From assembly GCA_951406725.2 (NCBI GenBank), contig OX597828.1, positions 48,236,001-48,300,000 on the forward strand: a DNA stretch of 64,000 bases, written 5' to 3'. Source of the stretch: Octopus vulgaris (Eukaryota). The stretch's first letter is position 1, and the number at the start of each line of letters is the position of its first letter. Position numbers and translations under genes: made by a program. Positions 53,301 to 64,000 of this stretch are shown piece after piece. The notes under the pieces are model-generated. The model did not search any database, had not been told where the DNA came from, and saw only the letters and a list, made by a program, of their open reading frames with translations.

Positions 53301-55114
53301 GTTCATTCCCAGCTTAGGTCAGTTGTTAGCAAATGTCATTTTGAGGAAAGTTTTTTTTTTTTTTTAAATTTTACTTAACAGCCAAGTTTTTAAGGGAAAA
53401 AGTAAAATTTCTTGAAATTATAAACCAGAATGGGGTTCTTGTTTCAGAATTTTTTTGTTGTTGTTTACTGGGTACAATAATACCCATTAAATCGACCCAG
53501 TCTTTGACTAATCAAACTCAAAAGGTTGGAATGACAACACAAAGAGATACCATTCATTGCCCTTATAAATGCTAAAAAAAACACATTTTCTAACAATTTT
53601 CCTTTTCCTATTCATATACTCCAGAAAATGGTTTCTATTGCTAGTTATTTCCTGTTGATTTAGAAATGAAATGCATTGATTTATTTTGTTGGAGATATAT
53701 TTATAGTTTGGAAACTGAGTTACAGGTGTTCCAGACAGGTGACTCAGTTTGAAAATTTGTTTTGGTAAACTAGTCAGATGTGTCAGTTTGTAGAATCTTT
53801 GGCATCAGTTGGTAAATGAAAATAAGTAAAGCTTAATAGAATTTTTATGTGTTGGATATTTAGATAAGAAGTGAGCAACTGGACTAAACAAAGTTTTTTG
53901 TGCTTTGTTCAGACATAAATAGCTTTTCTGTTAATTTCCATTCTCAAACTCTGACTGGTTTTAACCTTTTTGATACTAAATTCTTATTTTCAAAATTAAA
54001 TAGAACAGAGGCAGTGTATTGCAACAAAAGGGTTAAAATATTTAACATAACTTTTCACATACAACTTGATTTATTAGCACAATCGTAGAAACTATCCACA
54101 GTGATGTAAGGATTAATCAATTAGATTTCTTTCTGAACTTCTTAGGAATATTATAAAAATCGTATCTAGTTCTAACCTGGTTATTGCTACTATAACAACA
54201 TAAAGGTTGTTTTGTGATGTCCAGTTGTTGGAACATCCGATTTCTAAAACTGTTATGCTCTAATCCATAGACAATTTACTGTAATTGCATTTACCAACAT
54301 GTTTTGACTACAACGTTGGAGAGTTTAATTCCTGCAAACTTCCTTTATATGTATTGTTTCATATCAGTTTTGCTTTATGTACTTGATTATATATAAGTAA
54401 CTAACTTCAAGATATGTATGCTTATATATCGTAAGCTGATATTCATGTTCCTGAAAATCAGATAGCTTTGAATTAACTGATAGCATTTATCAAACTTGTG
54501 TAATTGTGGGAAAGGGAGAATTTTTAGTTACAACATAGGAATAATCTTGGCTTATAATGAAAATACTTTTTTGTTAGTACCTACAGAGTTGGGAGAAGTT
54601 ATTTTCACATTTGTTTCTCAGACCTAGGGATTTTAAAACTAGTCGATTCTAACCCACAAGCCTACTTACTGTTCAATGTGTTGTGTATCTACATCATTGC
54701 TCCAACTAGTTCGTAGGGAAAGCACTAAGACATGTAGACTAATCTCTTACACACTTCCTACACTATACCATGATCAACTGTACTTCATGTTTATTTGTTT
54801 TTTTAATTTCCCCAACCCCTTAATCTCAACTAATTCACCTTTAGCATAAGAAATTTACTGTCAACTTACAAATCTTACTGCCATCATTTTATATAGTTAA
54901 ATTTACTATTGTATTCAATAATAGTGGAGAGGCTAGATTAACCGTCCCAGCCTCTCTCTTGTAATTACAGGTTATGTTTTATATAAATTCTAGTTGGATT
55001 TTTTTCTTTGTAATTTATTGATGAAAATGACTTAATTTTATTATTGTCTTTTTGATAGTAAATCATTTTCCTCTTTTTGTTTTCAGTGTGCGGAAATATT
55101 CAGATAAATTTTGA
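41028..55114 (+). CDS. HNRNPK: heterogeneous nuclear ribonucleoprotein K (spliced, 14 coding exons, ~431 aa)
   Basis: Exons 41028-41043, 43625-43728, 44208-44264, 46128-46171, 47723-47795, 47901-48014, 48132-48260, 48408-48586, 49480-49656, 50530-50576, 50678-50760, 50847-50921, 51033-51202 and 55087-55114 join through GT-AG introns into one open frame of 1296 nt. Motifs: MKRPLE..KRAR NLS, KH1 ([26 protein letters not shown]), KH2 ([28 protein letters not shown]), [20 protein letters not shown]/Pro-rich region, KH3 ([20 protein letters not shown]) and C-terminus SVRKYSDKF, matching the hnRNP K architecture. Confidence 0.95.
43625..43728 (+). CDS. HNRNPK: hnRNP K exon: NLS and start of KH1
   Basis: tttttcaacag| [35 protein letters not shown] |gtaggt. 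Confidence 0.93.
44208..44264 (+). CDS. HNRNPK: hnRNP K exon: KH1 GxxG loop
   Basis: ctttcag| [19 protein letters not shown] |gtgagt. Confidence 0.95.
46128..46171 (+). CDS. HNRNPK: hnRNP K 44-nt exon (KH1)
   Basis: gatgcag| [14 protein letters not shown](R) |gtatgc; similar to vertebrate YNASVSVPDSSGPER. Confidence 0.93.
47723..47795 (+). CDS. HNRNPK: hnRNP K exon: end of KH1
   Basis: ttttacag| (R)[24 protein letters not shown] |gtatgt. Confidence 0.93.
47901..48014 (+). CDS. HNRNPK: hnRNP K exon: KH2 N-terminal half
   Basis: ttgcag| [38 protein letters not shown] |gtgtgt. Confidence 0.95.
48132..48260 (+). CDS. HNRNPK: hnRNP K exon: KH2 C-terminal half
   Basis: tttcag| [43 protein letters not shown] |gtaaga. 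Confidence 0.95.
48408..48586 (+). CDS. HNRNPK: hnRNP K exon: Tyr-rich linker and Pro-rich/RGG region
   Basis: ctgtag| [48 protein letters not shown]... |gtaagt. Confidence 0.93.
49480..49656 (+). CDS. HNRNPK: hnRNP K exon: Gly/Met-rich low-complexity region
   Basis: tttcag| (R)[21 protein letters not shown]...QELGGM |gtaata; phases compatible with both neighbours. Confidence 0.85.
50530..50576 (+). CDS. HNRNPK: hnRNP K exon (RGG)
   Basis: tttcag| (R)[15 protein letters not shown] |gtaagt. Confidence 0.85.
50678..50760 (+). CDS. HNRNPK: hnRNP K exon
   Basis: ctttcag| (D)[27 protein letters not shown] |gtaagt. Confidence 0.85.
50847..50921 (+). CDS. HNRNPK: hnRNP K exon: start of KH3
   Basis: ttccag| [25 protein letters not shown] |gtaagt. 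Confidence 0.92.
51033..51202 (+). CDS. HNRNPK: hnRNP K exon: KH3
   Basis: catttag| [56 protein letters not shown] |gttagt. Confidence 0.95.
52137..52223 (+). ncRNA. mir-7: miR-7 precursor hairpin (5p mature ~52151-52174) in last intron of hnRNP K
   Basis: 5p UGGAAGACUAAUGAAUUUUGUUGU(U) carries the miR-7 seed GGAAGAC and pairs with the 3p arm AACAAUGAAUCAUUAUCUUCCUGA. Lower stem CCAUGGU/ACCAUGG; basal UG at -14/-13, apical UGUG, CNNC at +18. miR-7 is known to lie in the last intron of hnRNP K in vertebrates and Drosophila (bancal). Confidence 0.95.
52945..53167 (-). mobile_element. SINE family C in last hnRNP K intron
   Basis: Same unit as the 15330-16295 array. Confidence 0.75.
55087..55114 (+). 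CDS. HNRNPK: hnRNP K terminal coding exon
   Basis: Long T-rich acceptor tttcag| (S)[11 protein letters not shown]; similar to vertebrate SVKQYSGKFF. Confidence 0.92.
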
Positions 55115-55900
55115 GGCCTGCACTGCATGGCAACTCTAGCAGGGCAGAAGCTGGCAAAATTGGAAGGAAGAAGGGCTGGGTGGTTTTTGGGATGGGACAG
55201 AAAACAAACAAACAAATTTAGTTAAAAGGGTTGGTTTGGAAAGATACAAGTCAGATTCAGTTAATATGAAAGGCAAGAATGCCTACAACAACAAAATAAA
55301 AATGGGGAAAAAAAAAAGAAAAAGCAACATGTCTACTATGTGGGTGGTGCAGAAATGTAGGATGGCAGCTGTATATTCAATGTGGAGTACAATAGCTGTT
55401 TTTGTAGCTTCTGGCACATGTTAATAATGGCAATGCCACTTTGCACACTGCTGCCCACATTGCTCTTTTCAATCCATTTTCTTTCTTTATAGTGATCTAT
55501 GTATTTCAGCATCTATCCTTTGCACTTCCTAATTTTATTGATCCTAATGGTAGTAGAGGGCCTATTTTTATATCTTAGCTCTTAGTTGAAAAAGAAAAAA
55601 AAAAAAGTAATTTCCTAAACATGGGCGGAGTTTTCTTTATCACGTTTTAATTTTTAATTTTTTTTTTTTTTTACCCGCCGCCGCCACCATCACCAGTTGT
55701 CAGTTGGACCCCACTGACCTCAGTTTATCTGGTGTATATTCATGTGTATGCATGTATTTTATATATGCATATATATAAAGCATATACACATACATGCATA
55801 TTATATATAGAGCACTACTTTAAATTTTATCTGATTCTTAGTTATGAACACTTTTTTTTTTGTTGTCTTATTGAGTAACTTAATATCCGTCAACTCACTG

Positions 55901-55940
<40 letters not shown>

Positions 55941-56450
55941 ATATATATACATATTCACACGCACACAAACACATACCCCCAACCAAAAAGAAAAAAAACA
56001 ACCCCCCAAACTATGCATGCACATACACCACTCACTCATACATTGTTTCTGTCACATTTGTATATTTCATTTCATGTTCATTAACTTTAGCATTCCTCTC
56101 ATTGAAAAATATTAAAAAAAAGAGAAAAGAAAAAAAAGGGAGAACTATGGGGAACAACTTCAAATGGCCAGAGCAAGCATTATTATTATGATTATTATTA
56201 ATATTCATCATTGCCGCCCATTATTCTGATGTGTATGGATCTCATTGTTAGGTACTGATTTAGTTAATGTTGTGAGTTCCATGTGTTGCAGTAGTTAACC
56301 ACCACCTGAGGCTGCCAACTAGGGGGAGGGGAAGGGGGCATGGGGTGTTCTCTCCTTTTAAATATTGTTTCAGCTGGCGTACACATAGGTTTGTGAATAC
56401 ACCTGTTTTGGCAGATTTGGTGTTAATAAAAGTTGGTTTCAGAATATATA
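55115..56450 (+). other. HNRNPK: hnRNP K 3'UTR (approximate end)
   Basis: Follows the stop codon; AATAAA at 56425-56430 followed by a U/GU-rich tract. Confidence 0.65.
56425..56430 (+). terminator. polyadenylation signal AATAAA
   Basis: Canonical hexamer with downstream T-rich element (56467-56510). Confidence 0.65.
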
Positions 56451-57229
56451 TATCATAAAATATGGATTTGGTTTTCTTTTTACCTTTTTTTTAAATTTTT
56501 TTTTTTTTTACTAATTTGTTGTACAATTGGCTCAATATTGGAACATATTACTTTCCATGTCCTTTTATCAATCCTTGAAACACAGTAGTCAAACCCCTCA
56601 TGTTTTGAAAATTATAATTGTTCCAGAGGACTTGAGGTGTACTGGACCAGATGTTACCCTCATTTACATTTCGAATCTCTTTACATTGTAAATTAATTGA
56701 AGAAATGCTTAATGTTTCTCAACTAATCCTATCCCTTTACTCTTTCTATCAATATATATTTTACACATGTACCAATTTTGAGCCATTTGTGAAGTTTATT
56801 CAGCAGCTGTTTCCATTAGCCTCTGCAGTCACCACTCTGCTGGGCTATATAGGTAGTAGCTGCTGTTTGAGTCTTTCATATTGACATTTGCAGTGTTCGT
56901 ATTCCTGGAATCAGATTACCCAGATTTGGTCAAATAGTAAATTGTGGAGAACTGCTTTATGGAAAGAATATTGATGAGCCACCAAGGAGCACATAGCTCT
57001 TGTTTGTTAAAATACTGAACAGAATTTCGTGGCATCCATATATGTACACACACACACACAGTTCTGTCTCTACAACATCTCAGATCAATCATCTGTCAGC
57101 TGTTGTACCAAATATTTTGTAGCTGATAATAATCTACACTGAACACAGTGTTGGCCAAAAGTCACCTGACAGTAAATCAAAACCATTATTTATGTTTAAC
57201 AACTGAATGACTATGAAACATCATGAAAA

Positions 57230-57470
57230 TTTGGAGTAAAGATTGTTTGCCAACATAACATGGCAGTCCTGTTTAGAACAAGTGTTGCTGTAATTTAGCC
57301 CCAGGAGAAAATGTTTCCAGCTGGCTATACGACATGATCTGCTAGATTCTCTTGTTTGAAAATGTAAGGAAACAGATCATGTATAGCCAGCTGGAGATGG
57401 TCTCTTGGGGCTAATATTTGTCCTAAGCCAGGACTGCCATGTTATGTTGGTAAACAATCTTTACTCCAAA
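57230..57470. repeat. ~240-bp foldback inverted repeat
   Basis: TTTGGAGTAAAGATTGTTTGCCAACATAACATGGCAGTCCTG..CCAGCTGGCTATAC..ATGATCTG is mirrored on the right arm. Confidence 0.88.
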
Positions 57471-58384
57471 GTACTGTTGCTCAATCTCTCTCGTGAGATT
57501 TACAAATAGTAATTTTCTAATCATGAAAATTGTTCAAACTGAAGTCCTTGAGTGACACATTTTTCCATTCAAGTCAATACAGAATTATAGATAGTAATTA
57601 TGGACTTTCGATTTACTGTCGGCTGACTTTTGGCCAACCCTGTGTATTCCAGCTGGTTCTGATTTTTGTGGGTTACCATTTAAATAATGTTTGTCTTATG
57701 ACAAGAATTGTAGCTTTTGGGGATTTTCAATTCCAAAAAAAACGTTGGAATTCTGTTCTGTTCCTAGCTAAGAAGGGCCCACTGATGGCCCCTTTTTATA
57801 TTTTGGTGTAACAACATTAATTTTCCATGAAATGTACATGAATGTTGATTTGTCAACTACACGCTCCGACTGGGGTTACCCCTGCAGCAAGACACCTGTT
57901 TGTCACTGTATCATAATCTGATCTCTCATCACCTGGCACAAAACCACTCCCTTTCAGTTGAGGTGTTTTGCAAGTTATTTGGTGTCATTGGTAGTGCTAG
58001 TGCCTCATATAAAGCACCTAGTGCACTGTAAAGTTTCGGGCATCAGGAAGAGCATCCAGCCATAGAAACCATTCTAAAGCAAACAGAGCTTAGTGCAGTC
58101 ATACAGCTTGCTAGCTCCTGTGAAACTGACCAATCTTTTCCAGCATGGAAAACTGGTTAAATGATGAGCAGACAGCCTAATCTTTTATTTTAACATCCAC
58201 TTTTCCATGGTGTTGACAAGACTTTGGGCTGGTTTTTAGGGTAGTACTTCCCATAGTCCTTGAAACAGCTCAATGGTTGAACAACTGTTCACTGAAGACT
58301 ACGTACTGGCCATGCAAGATTGGCTTGCACAGATAGGTATTTGAGACGTTTTCTACGACTGGATTCACCGCCTGTTGTCAACCC

Positions 58385-58555
<171 letters not shown>

Positions 58556-58608
58556 CAAAAGATCTTAAGTTCTTTAAAGATTTATTAAATAAGAGACAGT
58601 ACTTAGAT

Positions 58609-58709
58609 GTATACAAATACGTCTATGTAAACAATGCAATTGAAGATAGAAAAATAGGTTACACCACTAAATTTTCGATCCCATTGTTTACATAGACGTA
58701 TTTGTATAC
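58609..58709. repeat. perfect 28-bp inverted repeat with 45-nt spacer
   Basis: GTATACAAATACGTCTATGTAAACAATG / CATTGTTTACATAGACGTATTTGTATAC. Confidence 0.9.
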
Positions 58710-59012
58710 GAAACGTCGTAACTCTCGGCGCTGGCTCTAATTTCTATAGAAAATCTGTAGAGATATGCTTAAAAAGCATTAGATACATTATAGATAATAG
58801 GGTTCTTGGCTGGAAAGGTGTAATAATCTGATACAAAATAAGAATTTACCCAAATTTATTAGAGATCGCTTCCTTCGTCACTTATCTTGTATCCGCTATA
58901 CAACATTTCTGAAAGATGTGAGAACAGGCCCTTTATTCATCTTGCCATCAGCAGATGCAAGTCCCTTTGTCTTCTCGCTCACGGATACACACACACGCAC
59001 GCATATATACAT

Positions 59013-59742
59013 ACTTGGAAATGGATGCGTTGCGTTCGATCATGTAATAATATATATATATATGCATAAATATATGTACATATATATGGGCACAGGGCGT
59101 CAAAAAGACTTGGACAACATAAAACAAAAACATGGAAGACGAACTTTCTTTTCGAACAACGAAAGAAACAGAGAAACGAGACAGGCAACAAAAAGAACAA
59201 TTCCTTCATCAGTTGTCCCCTGTTTTATCTACTCCACATTTCGGACGTTTAGGACAAGATGCGTCTTCGTCAAAACAGTCGTTCCTGCAAAGAGGGTTGA
59301 AGTGGTAACAAACGTTAAGGGCTGTTAGGTTATAACAGGGTGAAGTGTGAACGCTGGAGGAACAAGCTTTGACAGGAGACGGGCGAAAATGTTTGTTGTC
59401 TCTTGCAGCGTTAGGAGAAAGTAAGATAGCCGCTGGTCACGTGTGAGCAACGCGATAGTCAAGGAGGGAGAGGAGAAGAATTAGAGAAAGGGTGGGAGAG
59501 AAAAAAAGAAGAGCGGAGAATAGAGATAGTGATACAAGTGTCGCATGGGAATTAAGATAAAACTTGGAAATGGATGCGTGGCGTTCGATCATATAATAAT
59601 ATATATATGCATACATGTACATGTATATAAATATGCATATATGGGTACAGGACGTAAAAAAAAAACGTGGATAACATGGAAAATGAACTTTTTTTTTTTT
59701 TGAACAACGAAAGAAACAAATAGAGAAACGAGACAGGCAACA
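59013..59742 (-). mobile_element. Penelope-like pseudo-LTR (partial tandem duplication)
   Basis: ~180-bp direct repeats at 59013-59190 and 59562-59742 flanking a unique middle; CTGATGA motif on the minus strand at ~59206-59212. Confidence 0.5.
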
Positions 59743-59807
59743 TATATGCATGTGTATATACATATATATGTAGGTATAGAAACGTATAAGTATATATATA
59801 TATATAC

Positions 59808-60187
59808 CCTTTACTCTTTTACTTGTTTCAGTCATTTGACTGCGGCCATGCTGGAGCACCGCCTTTAGTCGAGCAAATCGACCCCGGACTTATTCTTTGT
59901 AAGCCCAGTACTTATTCTATCGGTCTCTTTTTGCCGAACCGCTAAGTGACGGGGACGTAAACACACCAACATCGGTTGTCAAGCAATGCTAGGGGGACAA
60001 ACACAGACACACAAACATACATATATACGACAGGCTTCTTTCAGTTTCCGTCTACCAAATCTACTCACAGGGCATTGGTCGGCCCGGGGCTATAGCAGAA
60101 GACACTTGCCCAAGATGCCACGCAGTGGGACTGAACCCGGAACCGTGTGGTTGGGTAGCAAGCTACTTACCACACAGCCACTCCTAC
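59808..60187 (-). mobile_element. SINE family A (young)
   Basis: Near-consensus copy. Confidence 0.85.
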
Positions 60188-60514
60188 TCATATATGTATG
60201 TATGTATGTATAAAAAATATATATAAAATACAAAATGGGAAAAGAACGCAAAACATTCAAATAGACGACACAAAAAACGGACGGGTCATTCGAAGCCTCT
60301 AATCTTCAGTCAAGAACCGGATCATCCTCGCAATTTCGGCTGATTAATCTTGAGATCGCTCCGATCCGGACAGCCCCAAGGAAAAACTAAGCTACGAGCA
60401 TTAGATTTCTTGGAAAAAGGATCGAATGTATACGAAACAAGGACAGAAAATATGTATATATATAAGGGATTCTCTCGTGCACGACAAAAGAGAGTTCAGT
60501 AAAATAAAGCGGCA

Positions 60515-60745
60515 ATCATGTATGGACACGCATGTCTTTTGAGGCCTGCTGGTACCTTGCAAACCTTTTGGCAAATGGCACAAGTTGAGGACTCGGTTTG
60601 CTCGAGCACTTGTGGATCATTTACTGCTAGCCATGAGTGGACGGCAAAGCCTGCTTTGCATCGTGTCACAAAACCACAATCACAGAAGCGGCGTTTTGCT
60701 AGCGTACCTTCAAGCTTGCACGAAGTTGGTTCCTTCCGATGCTAA
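60515..60745 (-). pseudogene. decayed RTE-type LINE 3' end with C2H2 zinc-finger motifs
   Basis: Minus strand: CDCGFVTRCKAGFAVH..TCAICQKVCKVPAGLKRH(M)RVH with a frameshift; no splice context. Confidence 0.55.
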
Positions 60746-61085
60746 GTTGAAGGATTGGTTGTGCAGTTATGAAGCTTCCTTCCCATTCACATGGTTTTGA
60801 TTTCGGTACCTTGGAAAGTGTTTTATATGCCCCTGGGTCAACCAAATCCTTGCAAGTGAATTTGTTAGGTGAGAGTTGAAAGGCTTGTACGTGTGTTTGC
60901 GTATGGCTCTGTGGTTAAAAAGCTTGTTTCTCAACCATGTAGTCTCGAATTCAGTCTCACTGCAAAGTACTTTTGGCCCTGATAGACCAAGGCCTTCTGA
61001 TTGGATTCGGTAGAAAGAAACTGAAACTGAAAGACACCCATCATGAGTGTGTATCATCATTTTTTAGCGTCTAGTTGTCCGGTAC

Positions 61086-61466
61086 TCTCTTTACTCTTTT
61101 ACTTGTTTCAGTCATTTGACTGCGACCATGCTGGAGCACCGCATTTAATCGAGCAACTCGACCCCGGGACTTATTCTTTTGTAAGCCCAGTACTTATTCC
61201 ATCGGTCTCTTTTGCCGAACCGCTAAGTAACGGGGACATAAACACACCAGCATCGGTTGTCAAGCAATGCTAGGGGGACAAACACACACACGCATATATA
61301 TATGCGACGGGCTTCTTTCAGTTTCCGTCTACCAAATCCACTCACAAGGCTTTGGTCGGCCCGAAGCTATAGTAGAAGACACTTGCCCAAGGTGCCACGC
61401 AGTGGGACTGAACCCGGAACCATGTGGCTGGTAAACAAGCTACTTACCACACAGCCACTCCCGCGC
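61086..61466 (-). mobile_element. SINE family A (young)
   Basis: Near-consensus copy. Confidence 0.85.
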
Positions 61467-62198
61467 ATTTCTAATCCGGATAAATTATGAGGGGAGGCTT
61501 GAAATTCCCGTGGCCGCCAGTCTAGTTCAGTGCGCAGCTACACGTGTCGTGTGTTCTCATGAAATTTTTTACATTGTTCTTGTCACAGTGGAGATCCTCT
61601 GCTTGTTTAGCTTAATGTTAACCTCAGTTATGGCTACTGCGGGTAAGAGAACTGAGAACATCAGTGATAATGTCACACATAAACAGCGGTCCGAGATAAA
61701 ATACAACTGCTGAGGGGTGGAGGGAAATGGAACGCAGGGTTTCGATGCGTGAGTTGTACGATATCTATGACATTGGTTTATATTTTACTTGTTTCGGTCA
61801 TTAGATTGTGGCCAGGCTGGGGCACCGCACTGAAGAATTTTTACTCGACTTATTTGAGCCTCGTACTTGTTTTATCGATCTCTTTGGCTAAGTTGCAAGA
61901 GTGTAAACAAGCACAGGTTGTCAAGTGGCAGTGTGGGGCAGAGACAACACACGCACACATATATATATGTATACGACAGGCTTCTTTCAGTTTCCGACCA
62001 CCAAATCCACTCACAAATCTTTGATCGGCTCGAGGCTATAAAAGAAGACACTCGCCCTAAGTGCTATGTAGTGGAACTGAACCCTGAACCCTAGCAGTTG
62101 AAGAATTCTGCCCTGTGTAAGTGGAACGTATATTGGCGAAACACATATAGGAAAACATTAACTGAAGGCGAAGAGCTATAAAAGAAGACACTTGCCCT

Positions 62199-62545
62199 TG
62201 GAAGCACTCCGTCGGTTACGACGACGAGGGTTCCGGTTGATCCGAATCAACGGAACAGCCTGCTCGTGAAATTAACGTGTAAGTGGCTGAGCACTCCACA
62301 GACACGTGTACTCTTAACGTAGTTCTCGGGGATATTCAGAGTGACAAGGCCGGCCCTTTGAAATACAGGTACAACAGAAACAGGAAGTAAGAGTGAGAGA
62401 GAGTTGTGGTGAAAGAGTACAGCAGGGATCACCACCATCCCCTGCCGGAGCTTTAGGTGTTTTCGCTCAATAAACACTCACAACGCCCGGTCTGGGAATC
62501 GAAACCGCGAGTCCGCTGCCATAACCACTGGGCCATTGCGCCTCC
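62199..62545 (-). mobile_element. tRNA-derived SINE family D (young)
   Basis: Minus-strand head GGAGGCGCAATGGCCCAGTGG..GGTTTCGATTCCC; inserted in a duplicated family A fragment. Confidence 0.7.
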
Positions 62546-62594
62546 CCTAAGTGCTATACAGTGGAACTGAACCCGGAACCCTATCATTTGAAGT

Positions 62595-63800
62595 AGGATT
62601 TAAAGAATCTCAAGCCAGAGTTAACATCTTTTGGTGCTGAAATAGCAGGCAGTACACACAAACGTAAGTCATTAGCAATAGGAAAAATACTCTTGGGCTT
62701 TGAAAGGTGCTAAGTCTACCTACTAACAAACTTAGCAAATAAAAATGCTGAGGTTATAACTGATTTATGCCAGAACTACGAAATTCTTTTGGACAATTGC
62801 TCAGCACACTCCATGTTTATGAAAAATGTTTGCACAGTGGCTGTGTGGTAAGTAGCTTGCTAACCAACCACATGGTTCCGGGTTCAGTCCCACTGCGTGG
62901 CATCTTGGGCAAGTGTCTTCTGCTATAGCCCCGGGCCGACCAATGCCTTGTGAGTGGATTTGGTAGACGGAAACTGAAAGAAGCCTGTCGTATATATGTG
63001 TGTGTGTCTGTCTTTGTCCCCGTCACTTAGCGGTTCGGCAAAAGAGACCGATAGAATAAGTACTGGGCTTACAAAGAATAAGTTCCGGGTCGATTTGCTC
63101 GACTAAAGGCGGTGCTCCAGCATGGCCGCAGTCAAATGACTGAAACAAGTAAAAGAGAAAAAGAGTGTATTTACCACCACTTGTCCATCTACAAGACCAA
63201 GGAATACGGTGCTCTTTGAAAGCAAAATTTGCTCACTTTTCATGAAACATGTTTTAGATGCGGTGAATGCCGGCAGGTCTGTACCGGCATTTATAAAGAA
63301 TTTAACATGAAATGAAAGATGTTCATTGCTAAAGAATGGGATTGCGTGGGAACGTAAAGAAAAGCTGGTATAAGTCGAGGCCTGCTCTAATTTTCAGCAG
63401 TTGAAACTGTTCATAATGATTTTGCAGGATTTCATGTATGAAACGTAAAAGATGTTTGACTGTGCAAATAGTGTCAGAACCTACCGCTAAAAAAATGGCA
63501 AGTTATCTTAATGGATAAATGTCGACGAAGAAAGATCAGTTTATGTGCCAAATTTCGGGCTCTGAAATTATTGACATTGTTCTGAATGTTGATAAAAATA
63601 CAGGAAATGATGAAAACGAAGCAAGTGTCTCTGAAAGACGAGTTGGTGAGTGAAGCTATCGAAGGGTTAGAGAGGCGTACCTTCGTTATACAAGAACTAA
63701 TGAATTTTCTTTTCATGCTTGAAAAATTACATAACGAGGATAAAAAAAGCCACGTGAATCAAGTTCGCTCTAATAATATGTCTAGAAAAAACAACCAATC
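62595..63800 (+). pseudogene. decayed Tigger/pogo (DDE_1) transposase, split by a SINE
   Basis: Fragmented translation GFKESQARV..THKRKSLAIGK..ALKG..ANKNA..FLDNCSAH..[SINE]..LQDQGIRCSLKAKF matches pogo/Tigger catalytic motifs (LDN..AH, QP.DQG..LK). Confidence 0.75.
62836..63165 (+). mobile_element. SINE family A inserted into Tigger remnant
   Basis: Near-consensus copy with internal deletion. Confidence 0.85.
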
Positions 63801-64000
63801 ATATATAGTCGTGTGTTCGAAAAATTGAACAACGAAAGCGCTTACACACAATACAAAAGCTTCCTTCCCAAAAGTTCGTGTCATTCTGTTTTTCGAAGAT
63901 TTTATTAAAAATAGTTAACTTTTAAGAAACTATTTCTTCAAATATTATGACTGTATTAAGTATGTTTTTGCAAACGCTTTTACACACATACATACAGATA

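Overview
AT-rich, repeat-dense eukaryotic (animal) DNA. The tRNA-derived SINE families and (TA)n/(GA)n-rich background point to an octopus/coleoid cephalopod genome (inference). The only securely supported protein-coding gene is hnRNP K on the + strand: 14 coding exons from 41028 to 55114, about 431 aa, three KH domains plus an RGG/Pro-rich KI region, with a probable 5' exon near 36.2 kb and a polyA signal at 56425. Its last intron hosts a sequence-variant miR-7 hairpin with basal UG, apical UGU and CNNC motifs, at the tip of a ~450-nt nested long-range stem. The 44-nt frameshifting KH1 exon has an unusual C-rich acceptor and upstream poison acceptors, suggesting autoregulation by AS-NMD. A divergent minus-strand transcription unit probably starts near 28.5-29.6 kb. 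The rest is SINEs (at least 4 families), MITEs (Tc2/pogo-, hAT- and piggyBac-like), decayed LINE and Tigger remnants, Penelope-like termini with hammerhead-like motifs, large palindromes and micro/minisatellites. Most ORFs in the supplied track are spurious readings of these repeats.
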